Source of the DNA: Mobula hypostoma
Lineage: Eukaryota
Length of the DNA stretch: 64,000 nucleotides
Direction: 5' to 3'
Assembly: GCF_963921235.1 (NCBI RefSeq)
Contig: NC_086118.1
Location: 29,204,001-29,268,000 of the forward strand
Numbering within the stretch: position 1 is the stretch's first letter; every line of letters starts with the position of its first letter. Of this stretch, positions 11,421 to 26,200 are shown piece by piece. The position numbers were made by a program, and so were the translations under genes. The notes below the pieces were generated by a model. It searched no databases and was not told the origin of the DNA. It worked only from the letters and a program-made list of their open reading frames with translations.

Positions 11421-13809
11421 ACTGAGGCATTGTTGATTATTTGACAGAAAATTCCACATTCACAACTATTTACGCTGCATTATACTTCAAAGGCTTCTGA
11501 CTACAATCTGTCCATGCTGTTCTTTCTTTTCTACATACTGCTCCTTAGCAATATCATTTGAAAACACACATATAAATAGAAAATATTGAAAATATACAGC
11601 CAATTAGATGGCATCCATGAAGAGAGAAACATGAGGTAGACTTTCAGGTCGATAAAACATTAACTCTGCTTCTCTACAGAAACTCTCTGATTTGCATTGT
11701 ATGTTTTATTTATTTCAGATTTGTACTATATAATGCATATTGCTTCTGAAAACAGAGTCAGTTTCCACACGGGAACTAACAACACCCAGCTTTACCTTTT
11801 CTTCGTCCCTCCATCGCCTCTCAATTTTCACTTCTTTGTACTGTATCCAGCTGAGAAGTTGGCATAATTCAACTTCCCTGCAATGTACCAAAAGAAGAGC
11901 TGTATACAAAAAGTTGTCATTTTTTTTTTGCAAGGGCGTAACATGACCGGAAGTGTTGATTATTGTGCTTCACCCCAGAAAAACAATTTTTAATTGCACT
12001 CAGTATTACATACAGTAAATTCCAGGTTATTTTTTCATGTAGGTGAGGCAGAATTTGCATTTTCAGTTTCAAATAAGGAATACTCTTTTCAGAGTACAAG
12101 TCTGTTTTTGGTAGTTGGAAGTGGTAATTTTAGAATAACTGGGACTAATATGAGAGAAGATACTTCTATCCATCATTACCTGGTAAAATGAATTTTTATT
12201 ACATGGTGCATTTATCTGAACCTTATGCTCAGGCATTCAGATTCACTTGGCAATGAAGAGTCAGTTATGGTATTGCTGCAGAGGCTCTCCCAACTCAAAC
12301 CAGAAGGAAAACCAGAGGGCTATGGGTAACCCTAGGTAATTTCTAAAGTAAGTACATGTTCGGCACAGCATCATGGGCCAAAGGGCCTGTACTATGCTGT
12401 AGGTTTTCTATGTTTCTATATTTCTATGAAAACATGGTATAGCTGGTGAAGGCCACAGCAGCCACAACCACTTTTGTCTCAGTGGTTTTCCAGACTGACA
12501 GAAAACAATAGGCAGATTGTTGTGTGCAGGTGCAAACACATTCTTTTCCGACGGGTAACAGAACAACAGGAGGAAGCTGTGTGATTTTTCCAAATGGCAA
12601 TGTTTTCTTGCTCCAGCAAAAAGGAGTGGCCTATGAATGACCTGTGAGGGTTTCAATTTGAATAGTATTTATCTTATCCATGGCTATCTACATAGGGTGA
12701 TGCCTACAAATACACAGACTACAACAGAGGCAACAATGCCTTGTTATACGGCAACCCATCATGCCGACATTTTTTGCTGAAAATGTCAATAGTTGGATCT
12801 TGGGATAAGAGAGACACTTGCTAGAGTATTGGCTCATGATCCTTCCGCAGCATTTATGTAGAACGAGTGCAGTAAAACTCTGATAATCCACCATCCTACA
12901 ATTTGAAAATTCCAGTGGTTCAGCATCTGACTCACTGGTGATGTTCCTGTGCATCAGGAAGCTTATTGTAACTCTGGTTCTCATACAGGGGTCCCAGTTC
13001 CCGTGCTCCTTCAAATTCTCCAGGTCTCCCTTAAACCCACGGGAGCTCCAGTTTTCATATGTCCTTTACACTCACTGGGTTCACTGGAAAAGTTATTACT
13101 GAAAAATGTTATACTGTATAATATTATAATATGTAAAATGAGTATATTTAAATTATATTTGTTGCAATATTCATCAGAATAATATCCATTTGTCTAGAAA
13201 ATCTTCCAGCCCAGTACCACCAGAGTTCTGAGTGTTTCAGATTATTGAAGATTTACCATATAAAAAAATGCATACATCCACTAGAATCACTGTTAAACAT
13301 CTTAGTCAAAAACTTGCAGTGAATCTGATAATTGACCAGGACAGGAATATTCTCTGGAACAAACTAGACAAAACTTGCAGTTTTATCACAGTCCATTACA
13401 TTTCTCTGGGTCTTATTTTCTTGCATTTCTTTGGAAGGTCATTCAGCCATTGAATCCATGATAGCTACAGTATAAGAGAAATCTGACCAATTCCATTTCC
13501 TACCTAATTTCCTCTGAGCTATTCTCTAACACATAGCCATCAACAGCCCTCACTTCTGATTCTCCCACCAACTACCTACATCAGTTTAGAGTAGCCAATT
13601 AAGCTAAAGAACGGTACATCTTTGAGACACTCAGAGATCTCTGCCTAAGTACAATCAAGGCATCTACTGCAATACTAGAGGAGTCAATGTACTTAACCAC
13701 TGTTAAATCGCAATCAAAAATACAATTGGAAAAAAGAGTCAGTCTGTTTTAGTGTGAAGTGATCACAGTTCAGGGTTTAGCTGGATAGCTCATGAACCAA
13801 ATGGTTTAA

Positions 13810-14865
13810 AGGAAATAGCTATTTTTGAATCTGGTGTTGTGGAACTTCAGGGTTCTGTACGTGCAGCCCGACGGTACTGCAAAAAGATGGCACGTTCAGG
13901 CTGCTGGGGATCTTTGACGATAGATGTTGCCTCTTTAAGGCATCCTCTGTCGATACAATTAATGGTGGGAGAGGTGTACCCATGATGTATTGGGCAGAAT
14001 CCACTACCTTCTGCAGCCTCTTACATTCCTGCATGTTCGAATTGCTGGACCAGACCATGATGCAACCAACACAGTAAATCTGTAGAAGTTTGTGAGAGTG
14101 TTTGATGACAAGCCAAACCTCATTAGAAATTTAAGACGCTACTACACTTTCCTCATAATTGTATCTGCGTGCTGGGTCCAGGACACGTTATCTGATGTTA
14201 ATGCTCAGGAAAGTAAAGCTGCGGACTCACTCCACCACCAATCCCCCAAAATAAACTAGTTTCTTCTTCTTCCTAAAATTAACAATCAGCTCTTTAGCTT
14301 TGCTAATGTTAAGTTGTTGTTGTGGCAGCACTCAAGCAAGTGCACTGTGTCCTTCCAGTAAACTGATCATCACCACCTGAGATCTATTCAACAACAGTAC
14401 TGTCTTCGGCGAATTTGAACATGGCACTGGAGCTGTGCTTAGCCACACAGTTAGATGTGAATGGAGAGAAGAGCAGGGGTTAAGCACCTGTATTGAAAAT
14501 AATGAGGAATAGATGCTGTTACCAATCCTCACTGATTAAGGTCAGCTGATCCGGAAGTCAAGTATCCAGTTGCAAAGAGAGGTACAGAGACCCAGGTCTT
14601 GAGGCTTGATGATTAGTCTGAATGGGATGATTATGGTGAATGCTGAGCTATAATCAATGAATAGCCGCTTGATGTATAAGTTTCCATTTTCAGATGTTCC
14701 AAAGTAGAGTGAAGAACCAGCGAAATTATGTTTCTTGTTGGCCTGTTGCAGCTGTAGACCAGAGTGGATCCAGATAATCTCCGAAGCAGGAGTTGATCCA
14801 CACTATAGCCAACCTCTCAAAGCACTTCATTATGGTTGATGACAGACAGTAGCCACTGAGGCAGG
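13810..14865 (-). mobile_element. Rex1/Babar-clade LINE fragment (degenerate RT and C-terminus)
   Basis: Minus ORF VWSSNSNMQECKRLQKVVDSAQYIMGTPLPP. Decayed RT-domain sequence upstream, homologous to the + copies at 22.3 and 42.5 kb. Confidence 0.8.
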
Positions 14866-15685
14866 TCCTTTTTATTGTCATATCTTTCAACAAATGAAAT
14901 CATTCATTAAGACTTTAATATCAAACTTCTCATATGAAATTTCTTAATAAAAAGAGTATGAGTGATCTTAAAATATTAAAAATAAGTAGCCCAGGGCCCC
15001 AGCATTATTCCCACGTTTAATAAAAAGAAATCAGTTTACTTCATTGATGAAGCTCCAGGAGTCAGGAGTTGAGAAGCAACTGAGATGGTGCAGGGTTGCC
15101 TTAACAGCATTCAAAGGTCGTGAGTTAACAACATCCTTGGTATTATTACCTAAATGTGACAAATTAATGAATGGGGAAAAGGGTAACAGGAAGGATTGCT
15201 TTAGGAGGAAGGGGAAGTGGTGAGGGTGCTATATAGAATTCTACCAGCAGATGTGGGAGGTGCAAACTGGGCATGTAAGTTCAGGTCCTTTTGGAACTGC
15301 ATGTAGGTCAAAAGTATTATGAATGGTTGTTCCTGACCTTCCAAGTAAAGTTTTGATCTTGCCCAGCCTAGATGACAAGTCAATACTTCTCTGCCTTCTC
15401 CCAGATTGCTAGGTCATTGCCTGTTTTCACTACACAATTTTGGCTGGAGTGTATGCATAGCTTCTTGTGCCAAGGTTATGCATTTCATCAGGATGTAATG
15501 TATGCTGTTACAGTACCTTTAAAAAAATCAATATGTTTGAGCCTTACTGACTCTAAAGTGCATTGTTGCAGGTATTGGAACCTTCTTGTCTGATTGACTA
15601 CTGGTACGTGTATTTAATAATGTTAACATCAGGAATTCAGGAATAATGTTCAAACTGAAATTGAAGACTGTAGAAGATTGAAGCC

Positions 15686-15816
15686 ATCCTGCTGAAGAGT
15701 CTCAGCCCAGAATGCCAACTGTATTCTTTTCCACAGATGCTGCCTGGCCTGTTGAGTTTCTCCAGCATTTTGTGTGTGTTACTTGGATTCCCAGCATCTA
15801 CAGATTTTCTCTTGTT
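15686..15816 (+). mobile_element. Penelope-like terminal-repeat fragment with a decayed hammerhead
   Basis: CCTGCTGAAGAGTCTCAGCCCAGAATG...GATGCTGCCTGGCCTGTTGAGTTTCTCCAGCATTTTGTGTGTG...GATTTTCTCTTGTTT, homologous to the end of the Penelope at 48350-48450. Confidence 0.8.
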
Positions 15817-17944
15817 TATAGTGCAGTGAGCTGGTTTGGTGTACATTTTGGAGAAAAGTACTCTAAATGCAGAGCAGGAACAGCATCTTGTTCACATGAA
15901 AGACAAGTAAATGATTTGTGACCAATGGTCAATGCTCCTTCTCCATTAGAATCTCATAACTACTTTGGGGGTGATAATGTGCTTGTGTGGCATTTTTCTG
16001 ATCATTATTTGAATGCATTGGTTAATCTATTTGCTGTAAATGGGCAATATACTGCATGCACCTTGTAGAATATTTTTACCGGCGAGAACAATAAATGAGA
16101 ATGATTTGAGTAAACCATCACTACAAAGGTGATGATCCCATTGAAGTTCCACATGATCCCAATAATGGTGTTAATTGGGAGACGGTTGTTTCTGGGATGG
16201 GAATAGAGAATAAATTGCACTGAAGCATTCTTGAGTGGTTCCAAGTGGCCGGGTATCAAAAGCATTGAAAACTCAATTGACTGAGGCGTGAGAGCAGAGT
16301 GCCTGTCCAACATTTCAGCCCAAGATAGGTACAGCATATTGAGGGAAGTCAAACATGATTGTTGACAAGAAAAGATAAATAAAGTTGAATAGAATAAATA
16401 AAAGTAACAACATTTAACTCCAAAAACCAACCCCTATTAGTTTAGCTTAGATTCATGATAGTTCTTCCTTCTGCTTTGTCGCTCTGCGAGCAGCGAGCAT
16501 AGGAATAATTTAGTGTACAAAACTATCTATTAAATATTATGTACGCACATTGCAATGGACAAATTCCCTAGTGAATGGCATGCATTGTGTGTGTGCAAAT
16601 TATCTGAATGCAATCGGTTCTTGATTCAAATAATTTCAACAAGTCGGGTAAGGGGTTGACTTTGGTAAAACATTAAAGAAATGGTCAGGGACAGAAGGGT
16701 TTATTAAAAACAAGGAGGAAAACCCCCTCAAACAGAAAAAAGAACTACTGATGACTTTAAAATGTTTATCCTTAATTAATGCAGCATCTAAGCCAGAAAA
16801 GGATATTGACACATAAATTCATAACAAATATTCAGAAGTATTCAAACTAAATTAAACATAACTTCATAATAATAGGATTGGGAACAAAATATTACTAATC
16901 ATGACATAACAAGAAAATATTGAAGGAGGACAGGCAAGGACAATGAGCAGGGTCATGGTATTGTTTAGTGATTATATATAGCTGTAAAAAAAGTATAAGA
17001 AACAAATTCACAAGAAGTGAAATTAAAGGGACTTTTCACAGTAATAGTATATGTCAGAACGCATGAAGAAGGGGTCAAGAAAAAAATATGTATGTAAACA
17101 ATATGTGGGAAAAAAATAAAGAGCATAGAATTATAATTATTGAAAGATTTAATCACACCCAAAGTGGTATATATTTCTTGAATTCTCAAGCAATATAAGG
17201 AATATCTTTTTCACATTGTGCGCAGAACTCCTTTGTAATCATGTATACCAAGAGAGTTGAGTCCTGCATCTGAGCAGTAGTGGTCATAACATTATACGGG
17301 ATGAGATAAAGTTTCTGAAGACAGAAGTTTGTTCTTTGGCAAACTAACAAACTAAAACACAAAATGGATGAAATCTAATTCTGGAGAGAATAAATCAGTG
17401 ACCATAAAACTAGAAAGGTTTATTGACAACCCGCTGATGAGATTAACAATGGGAGATAATTATAAAAATTAGTAGTAGGGTTCTGGGCAAATGTGTTGAT
17501 ATAAAGTGTAATTCTTTGGAACTCTAACTGAAGGGCAATAGATATCAGACATTGAGTATATTCAACATTGAGATCAATAGGTTTTGAGAATCCAAGGGAA
17601 TCACAGGCTATGGGGAATAGGTATGAAAATGGAAATGATGAACAAGAACAGTTTTCAACATTGGACAGTGAAGGAGACCTGAGAGGGCCACTGTTTACAT
17701 TCTATTGTACTTGTATACCAATAAGAAAGGCTATGAATAAAAAGATGAAAGGATTAAAAAAGTAAGGACAAAATTGAAATTACAGAAAAAAGTGCATCTT
17801 AAGTGAATAAATAAGGCTAGAAAAGAGGTTAAGAGGAAGTTAAAGAAAGGCTATAGAACTAAATTGTGAAGAAATATGAATAGAAATGGTATAGTATTTT
17901 ATTGAAAAACAAACAAAAGAAATGCCAGGTTAGAGATAAAACCT

Positions 17945-18230
17945 CACAAGGATGCATAGGAGAAGATTTAGCACAGAGATGAGGAGAAACTGTTTTACCC
18001 AGAGAGTGGTGAATCTGTGGAATTCTCTACCCAGGAAAGCAGTTGAGGCTTCTTCACTATATATATTTAAGATACAGTTAGATAGGTTTTTACATAGTAA
18101 GGGAATTAAGGGTTACGGGGAAAAGGCAGATAGATGAAGCTGAGTTTAGGACAGATCATCCATTATCTTAGTGGCGGGGCAGGCTTGATGGGCTAGATGG
18201 CCTACTCCTGTTCCTATTTCTTATGTTCAT
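17945..18230 (+). mobile_element. CR1 3' end
   Basis: ORF RRNCFTQRVVNLWNSLP..AVEA.SL..FK.QLDRFL, then the CR1 3' UTR ending TTTCTTATGTT. Confidence 0.88.
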
Positions 18231-18249
18231 AAGGTAAATTTGCAGGTAA

Positions 18250-18950
18250 TTAACCAGAATATTAGATCATTTGCCTCCCTACTTATCAGAGAATAACTGA
18301 CAATAATATGAGAAAAGTTATATAGACCTTTTACAATAGAAAAATTCAAGGGTTGGGTAAGGTAGGTTAGGTTGTGGTGCAGTGCAGTTATTGGTATTTC
18401 GTTCACTAATCAGACTTGGAGAAATGTTACCCTCTGTGTACAGAAATTTCATTCATGTAGAAAGAGATTAAGAAAGTGATGAAAGGGGCTTTGTGGCATT
18501 TATAGAAAAGGAAACATTAACAGAGTATTGGAATTCAAATAATGTGATCACCTTATAAACAAAAAAGAAAATAAAACTATGAAATGACATGTTTAATGTT
18601 GGTTGTAGAAAAGATGTTGGAACTTTTGTTCAATGGTGTAATAAAAACAACATCTAAATACTGAAAGTGTATTGACCAGCATTGAATCCAAAGGAAAAGT
18701 ATGCTTTACTAAATTTGTTGAATTCTTTGAACTTGCATTTGAAAGGATGGATAAGGCAATTTAATAGTTGTACTATATTACAATGATCAAAAACCTTCAA
18801 TAACATACATGATTTATAAGTAAAATAAGAAAATGTAGTCAGGGGCAAGAGGCAAACAAAAAATAGAGACATGGGATTACAGAAATAGGATTAAAAGTCA
18901 AGACTTAGACTGCTAAATTACATGTAATAACATTCCTTAATAGTTCGTTC
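18250..18950 (+). mobile_element. Ancient, heavily decayed CR1 RT region
   Basis: ~18676-18757 CAGCATTGAATCCAAAGGAAAAGTATGCTTTACTAAATTTGTTGAATTCTTTGAA...ATGGATAAGG aligns by eye to the QHGF.KGKSCLTNLIEFFE...D.G region at 51015-51095. The purine-rich tract from ~16650 is probably the same relic. Confidence 0.5.
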
Positions 18951-18959
18951 TGCAATAAT

Positions 18960-19325
18960 TAGAACATAGAACTGTATAGTACAGGAACAGCCCCTTCGGC
19001 CCCTTGTGCTGAATTAATTAAACTAGTAAGTAAGCGCCTGACTACCCTAATCTTTTCTGCCTACTCAATGTCTCCATTCCCTGCACATTCATGTGCTTAT
19101 CTAAGAACCTCTTAAATGCCTCGTCATATTTCCCTCCACTATCACCACTGGCATCATATTCCAGGCACTCACCACTCCTTGTGTAAAGAACTTGCTCAGC
19201 ACATCTTTTTTGAACTTAACCCCTCTCACCTTAAATGTATGCCTTCTAGTATTAGACATTTAGACCCCAGGAAAAAGACATTGCCTCTCTATTCTCTATT
19301 TCTCTTATAATCTTATGAACTTCTA
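18960..19325 (-). mobile_element. CR1 3' fragment
   Basis: Starts with the reverse CR1 tail AGAACATAGAAC...ACAGGAACAGCCCCTTCGGCCC, followed by reverse ORF2 C-terminal sequence. Confidence 0.8.
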
Positions 19326-21194
19326 TCTTATAAGCTATTGCAGTTTACCTGTGAAGCTGAAATATTATTTAAAAATTTTCCAGTTATTAAACTAAGTTAT
19401 TTAATTAATACAGAGGAGAGCAGTGATAAAGTAACACAAGATTATAAATTGCAGAATGAGCATGGATTCTGATCTAATTGATGGTTCTAACTCCCTAAGG
19501 CTTTTTGAGAACACAGCCTGGTTCCCAGTATTTGTTCCTGACAGGTAGGGAACATATCAGAAGGGAAGCTGGTAGATTTCCTGCTGCTCAGGATCAGAAG
19601 CAAGGGTGGAATTTGGTACATGATGGATTGGGGGGGGGGTGGGTGTCAAACATTGGGAGCTCCAGACCCACCAGGCAAGAAATGAATGGTTGGGAATTGG
19701 TGATCACCCTTACCGTACTTCTCCTGGACCACAAATAGCAAGCTGGCTACTTAACTCTATCAAACAGCATTGTTTGCTGGGTAATCTGGCTAGACTGAAT
19801 GTAATGTAGGATTAGATGCAAAATCCTAGGCATGCAATCCAATTAAAATATTTAAACGACTGAAGCATCTGTTAGGAATATTGGGTTACCTATCCTCTTT
19901 AGTGCTTCAGTCAAAATTGGAATTGCTAAATTTTGGTCTTGTTATTCATTAAACTTCATTGTTGGAGATTAGCCATCACCACCACCTCCCACCACCACTT
20001 AATCTCCCTCCCCTTCACACTCAATATCTAAATGGGATTCCTTTGCTAATGGGACAAATTAAAATACATGAAAACATCCAATTTGAGCACTTCCTTTACA
20101 CTACAGAAAGGATATCAGAAGGTAGAAATGGATAACTGGTAAAGGTCTTCAAAATTATGAAAGGGCTAGATAGGGTAAGCACTGTTTAGAATGTGGAGCT
20201 TTCTACCACCGGAAGCAATTCAGCTGGAGATTTTGAGTGCACCTAAGAAAAAAAAACGATAGACAGAAAAGAGAAAGGAAGAAGGACCAGTGGTGAGAAA
20301 TTGACATAGTGTGGCACAGCCTCATGTGCAGCACAGAAGCAAACATGCACTTGTTGGGCCAAGCAGCCTCCCTCTGTGCTATAGATATTGTGCAATACCA
20401 TATAAGCTCAGTAGAACCATCATTCCATTCAGGATTTTCTCAATAACTGCAGGAAATTTTGGAGTGGTGGCAACAGACATTGTGGTAGTGCCTGAAGCCA
20501 AGGTTTGAGTGTAGTTACAGTATCAGAGCCCTGAGCAGCAGGCAGTTGAAATCTTACCTAGTGCAGTTGAAGACAAAAATCCTTCAGGACAGTGAAAATA
20601 TAGTTCAAGAATTTATCAGTAGAACTCAGTAACTATTTGTCATAGCAAGTTAGCATGTCACCAACCATAGACTTTTAAGTATTTACTATGTGGGAGAAAT
20701 TTCAGATCTAAGTACAGACTCAATATTTCTGAAGCCAAGTAGTGTATAGTGCAATAAGAAATAATATACAATAAATAAGACTTAATGTACTTTGCTTCAT
20801 ACCTGTTACTTCCACTTTCAATTTTAAACAATTTGTTAGTGATTTGTTAAAATATCTTAGTTTTAATTCTTCTACTCTTTGCTATTCTTTTGGTTTGTAT
20901 TTATAAGTTTTGTTTATTGCCTGTGGTTATGAATACCATTTCCAAATTTACAATTGTGATGGATAATGTAATATAAATCATGCTTTACATCATTGCAATG
21001 ATACCTGAATCCAGCACAGATGATAAAGTCCTACATATTTCAAGGAATGCTATCATAGGAAAATGTGTTTATTGTAATATGCTAGTCTCAAAATACATTA
21101 ATGATTCAGTTTATTATTTTAGTCATATTTCATTCCATAGATGTATTTTTTACATCAAGAAAACTGATGGTATACATGGTATACATAGCTGCAC

Positions 21195-21700
21195 AGAAAA
21201 TGCAGCAGGTATTCTTAGAAAGTACTTTGCCTCAAATGTTTATTAAAGAGGAAGATATTGAGAATGCTGAATTATGTATTGGTTGAAAGTGAGATGAAGA
21301 TATCTTAACGATGAGGAAAGTATTAAAGAAGTTAGTTAAAATAAAGGAGTTCAAATTATAGACTTGATATGATACACCCAGGAAGCTCAAACCAAATGGA
21401 GGAAGAAACGTAATGAGAAAAATGGTGGTAATTGATGATAAAGATAAAATTGTTAAATATTGAGACTGTGAAAATATTTAGAGGAGACAGAGCAATTTCA
21501 GAAGACTGAGCTAGGCCGAACTGATACATTTCTTGAGGCAACAATGGATATAGTAGAACTATATACAGTTCTATATGGATATAGAATGGATATAGTAGTC
21601 AGTGGATGGGACATCCATGGATTTACATAATTGTGTTTTAAAATAAGGTCCTAAACAAGAAAATATTGAGAATGATTTGGTAAGAAGTAGAGTGTCCAGT
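21195..21700 (+). mobile_element. Ancient decayed CR1 ORF2 (pre-RT) relic
   Basis: AAGTACTTTGCCTCAAATGTTTATTAAAGAGGAAGAT resembles YFGSVFTKED (50586-50616). GATACACCCAGG resembles the HPR motif (50758-50766). Confidence 0.45.
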
Positions 21701-22299
21701 GTATTTTAAACCCTTAGCTTGTTAGTTGCAGCCTGCAGCATTTCCTTCAACAACCAACCTTTTCTAAATGCACACATCCCAGTAATTGCCATGTTCAGGG
21801 CAACCAAATATTGCAGCCGATCAATTTAAGAGTCACTGCAAAATAAATGTGCAATTTGTGTTCGTTACAGCAGAGGCTTAGGACTGAGAAACAACGAGGA
21901 ATCAATTTCGAAGCTAATCCTTCCAAACCATATAAGTGAAATTCAATTTTTATCTTTGTTCTGTCCTTAAGGAAAGTAACATTTGAGATGCAAAAGGATT
22001 CCAAGAAAATAAAGAGGCACCAAAATCAGAATATTACCTTCTTGTGCATGTTTTTACAGCTTCTTGTAGTACAAAGTTAAGAGTCACAGAGCAAATTGTT
22101 TCACACTTTGACCAGTGAATCAGCTGTGATGTGTTAAAGAACATAGAAAAGTAAAATGGAATTATTTATATTACTTCATGAATTTAGCAATGAAATAGCT
22201 AGAAATGGCATATTTTACTAATATTTTCTTCAGACTAGATTTTATTAAAAGGCTAACTTTTGTAATACCAAATCATATTCCAATAAAATTTCTATGAAA

Positions 22300-23237
22300 T
22301 TATATCAGCTATAGGAGGGACATTGAAAATCTGTCTGAGTTGTGCCGCAACAAAAACCTCTCACTCAATGTCAGCAATACCAAGGAGCTGATTATTAACT
22401 TTGGGAGGTGGAAACTGGAGGTCTATCTGCCAGTTCTCATTGGGGGATCAGAGGTGGGGAGCAACATCAACTTTAAATTCCTCAGTGATAACATTTCCCA
22501 GGATCTTTTCTCGGTCCAGCATATTAAGAAGAAAGCACAGCAGAGCCTCTACTTTCTTAGAACTTTGCATAGATTTGGCATGCCATCTAAAACATTGATA
22601 AACTTCTATAGATCTGCGGTGGAGAGTATATTGACTGGTTGCATCACGGCCTGAATCAACAATATCCTTTAATGGAATATCTTACAAATGTAGTGGATAT
22701 GGCCCAGTCAATCACAGGTAAAGTCCTCCCCACCATTGTGCGCATCTATATGAAGCACTGTTGCAGGAAAGCAGCATCCATCTTTTAGGATCCCCACCAT
22801 CCAGGCCATGTTCTCTTCTTGCTGCTGCCATCAGGAAAAAAGGTACATGAGCCTCAGGACCCACACGACCACATTCAGGAACAGTTACTACCCCTCAACC
22901 ACCAGGTGCTTGAATCAGAGGGGATAACTTCACTTGCCCCTTCATCGAACTGTACCCAGAACTATGGACTCACTTTCAAGGACTCTTCCTCCCATGTTTT
23001 CTATATTTGCTGCTTACTTATTAGTTATTATTATTATTACCACTTTTTTTTCTTTTTGTGTTTGCACAGTTAGTTGTCTTCTGCACATTGGTTGTTGTCT
23101 ATCCTATTGTGAGAGGTCTTTCATTGATTCTATTGTGTTCCTGTATTTACTGTGAATGCCCACAAGAAAATGAATCTCAAAATTATCCATGGTGGCATTT
23201 ACGTATTTTGATGATAAACTTACTTTGAACTTTGAAC
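22300..23237 (+). mobile_element. 5'-truncated Rex1/Babar-clade LINE
   Basis: ORF 22340-22654 contains LSLNVSNTKELIINF...FKFL...KKAQQSLYFLRTL.RFG...FYRSAVESILTGCITA. The 3' UTR ends ATAAACTTACTTTGAACTTTGAA. Confidence 0.88.
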
Positions 23238-26200
23238 AGATCTGCGTATCATTTAGTTTGCAATTGGTTTTCATTGTATTTTATTTGTTTTGAGGAAATC
23301 AAATGTGTAGTCTTAAATTTGTCCCTGCAAGAATTATAGAACTGTGGTTTTCTTGTTAAGAAATTAATTTCCAATTATAAACAGTGGATGGTGTGCAATA
23401 TGGCAATCCTTTCATATGACAAAACAGTGTAAGGAATCCTTTTAGGTAATGTAAACAGGTAAATAATATCGGTAAATGCAATTAATACTTAAATTTTCAT
23501 CTTTTGGTAAAGCTGAATTGTTTTCACAATAAAAAAATCTATTCTGCAAAGTCAATCTTCAATGACATATGCACTTATGATATTTAAGGGAAGCACTTCA
23601 TGCATCCTACTGGTCAAATTTTCCACAAAGGAAATCAGAGGTTGTAAAACAACTGTTCATACTGTAGAAACATTGTCTCCAAGTGGTTTAGGAAAGACAG
23701 CAGAGAAATGATTTCAATTTTTATTTGTATTAAAGTTGAGGTATTATAGCTGTTACCTTGTTAAAATATCATGGCTAGAAATGTTTAACCAGACTCAAAA
23801 AATATTATTTACTTCAATTGAAAGTAATGATAATTTAAAAGTTAGCTACTTGTACATTTTCTGCATGTTTTTGCCTTATAGAAGAAATGCACACCCTACA
23901 CAAAAACTTTAGTGCAATATAGGCACTTTATTTATCTGTCTAACTCATAATTTATATCACAAATTATGATGATCACTTTGATCGCTTGATCAAGTCGGAC
24001 AAGAAAAACAAGGCCTACAGTTATAGTGAACTATAAGAGGGTTAATATTGTCTTCGAGCAATGGTTTATATCCATCCAGACCTGTAAGCAGTTGATACTG
24101 ATGAACTAAATGTCTATTTAAGGTTGAAATATTAAAATAGCTGAACTCCAAAATGATGTTCTTCCAGATCATTTTGTTGCAGAGATATTTCATTTTTAAT
24201 AGGATATAATATTTGACATGTATGCATGTGTTTACAAATAGTGCCATCATTGTCAATCACACTAATATAATTTGTGAGATGTTAAGTTCTGACTCTATCA
24301 CTAGTGGTGAAACAAAGGAACCAGCACTGCAGTGTTGACGTTGCCATGATAAGTAGAGCTGCTGTGCTATTTGTAGACAAAGCCATTCACTATAAAATGC
24401 GGCGATCTGATATAAAAATCATGATTAGAGCTTAATAATGAACTCTAATTCTGAACTTCGTTAATTATATGGTATTTCAGCTTTAAATGAAATGCCTTGT
24501 TTATGCTCCCTTCTCTCACACTCTTAATACACTGAAGATTATTTCATCTTCAATGTCAAATACAATTTGTGCTAACGTGGAATACTGAAATGCTATTGTT
24601 TGGAACATGCTTAAGGCAGTAGTGAAAACATAAACTGAAAAATTTTATTGAATTTGAACACATTTAAAACTGGGGTATTGCCAATACATTAAATTAAAAC
24701 CGCTCTGGAACTCACTAAAATGTTGAACTACAGAATTAGTCTCATTATGATTTTTTCATTGGTGGGTTCTTTAGCTTCTATTTTGTAATACTGCATGCAG
24801 CTTGTTCTGAGTCTGACACATACAGTTCATTATTTATTCATTTCTCGGACTCTAAATAGATGGAGTGTAACACTGGAACAAGAATTGTGTTCCTTTTCGA
24901 GAAAGCTTTGATGGATTTGTGCTCAACATCTATCTTGGTTTGCCAAATGACAAATACAGTGGCCTCTGGGGGTTCCTGTAGCCCACCCCCATCTGAGCAT
25001 TCTGCTGCCTGCATACCATTTACTGTTTGTTGCAAAGCAAGCACACAAATCCACATTTTGCAGTTATTGATTTTCGTGCTTGTTCATTAGTTGCAGAGGG
25101 AACAGAAACTGCATTGGTAATCTATAATAGAAAGGGATAGCCATGTGAGAGGTTCTGGCTATCGTTCGAACATTAGAGGGCTTTAGCTTATCAAATAGAC
25201 AGTAAATAGGCTTGTCTACATTGCATTGGCATTGCTGTGTGCCATCTCTTATTTCTGCTCGACAGTTGTTTTCTATTTATGACTCTGACAGTCTCAGTGG
25301 AATCCTTGCAGTGCCCTTAAAAGAATTTAGAAATCAGTTCAGTTAATGCATCTAGCCAGCACAATTGAACACAACAAATACTTAGCTCCTGCAAAATACA
25401 TACTTGTCTAATTTAAAAATTTTCCTCTTATATGATGGAAAACTCCTCAAGGTTGTTCTGCTTTACGTTCTTGAAATTGAATGGTAACAGTGCACTTATT
25501 GGCGTCAATTGCCAACATGTCAGAGTAAAAATGATAACTTAATTATAAATCAAAATATTTTTCTCCAGTTTTATATTTTCAGCTAAGAGGGTAGTGTTAT
25601 GTAGATTCTTGATATGAGACTTAGCTCCTTACAAATCAATAAAAATCTGCTATGAAGTTACATCATTTATATTAAATGTAAAGTTTCATTGAGTTTCCAT
25701 CTTTCAATTGTATCCTGAAATAATTTATAATTTTTTGATATCTGCTGCACCATGTAAATTGAGTTTAGCTCTTCCACTCAGAGTGAGTTTAATTGAACCG
25801 TAGAGTATTACAGTATGCAGACAGGCTCTTCGGCCCAATTTGTCCATGCCAACGGTGTTGCCTAGGGAGCTAGTCCCATCTACCCAAGTTTAGACCACAG
25901 CCCTTTAAACCTCTCCTACACATGTACTTAACTAGATGGCTTTTAAGCATTGCTTATGTTCCTGCCAATAATACAAAACAGAAGCTATACTAAATAGTTT
26001 AATGTAAATTATATTTATTAACTTCGTCATTATTAATTTGTTCTTCATATATTTGCCAATACTATGATGAAGAAATTAAACAGCATGAAACTGTCTCCCA
26101 GTACCACTCTCTGACAAGCAATCATATTCCAATGCTTATTTTATCATTATGTAAGTTAGTTTTCCATATTTTTCTCCACCAATTTTATCCAAAAATCTTG

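Noticed and set aside
12690..12830. Possible + strand exon reading GDAYKYTDYNRGNNALLYGNP...
   Set aside because: Weak acceptor, runs into a stop, and has no recognisable family or partner exons.
16005..16640. 141-aa minus-strand ORF and adjacent unique-looking sequence
   Set aside because: Non-ATG start, no recognisable homology and no convincing splice-site pair. It could be a conserved non-coding element, but that cannot be judged without alignments.
24838..25090. Short ORFs on both strands upstream of the promoter as a possible divergent gene
   Set aside because: No homology recognised and no consistent exon boundaries.
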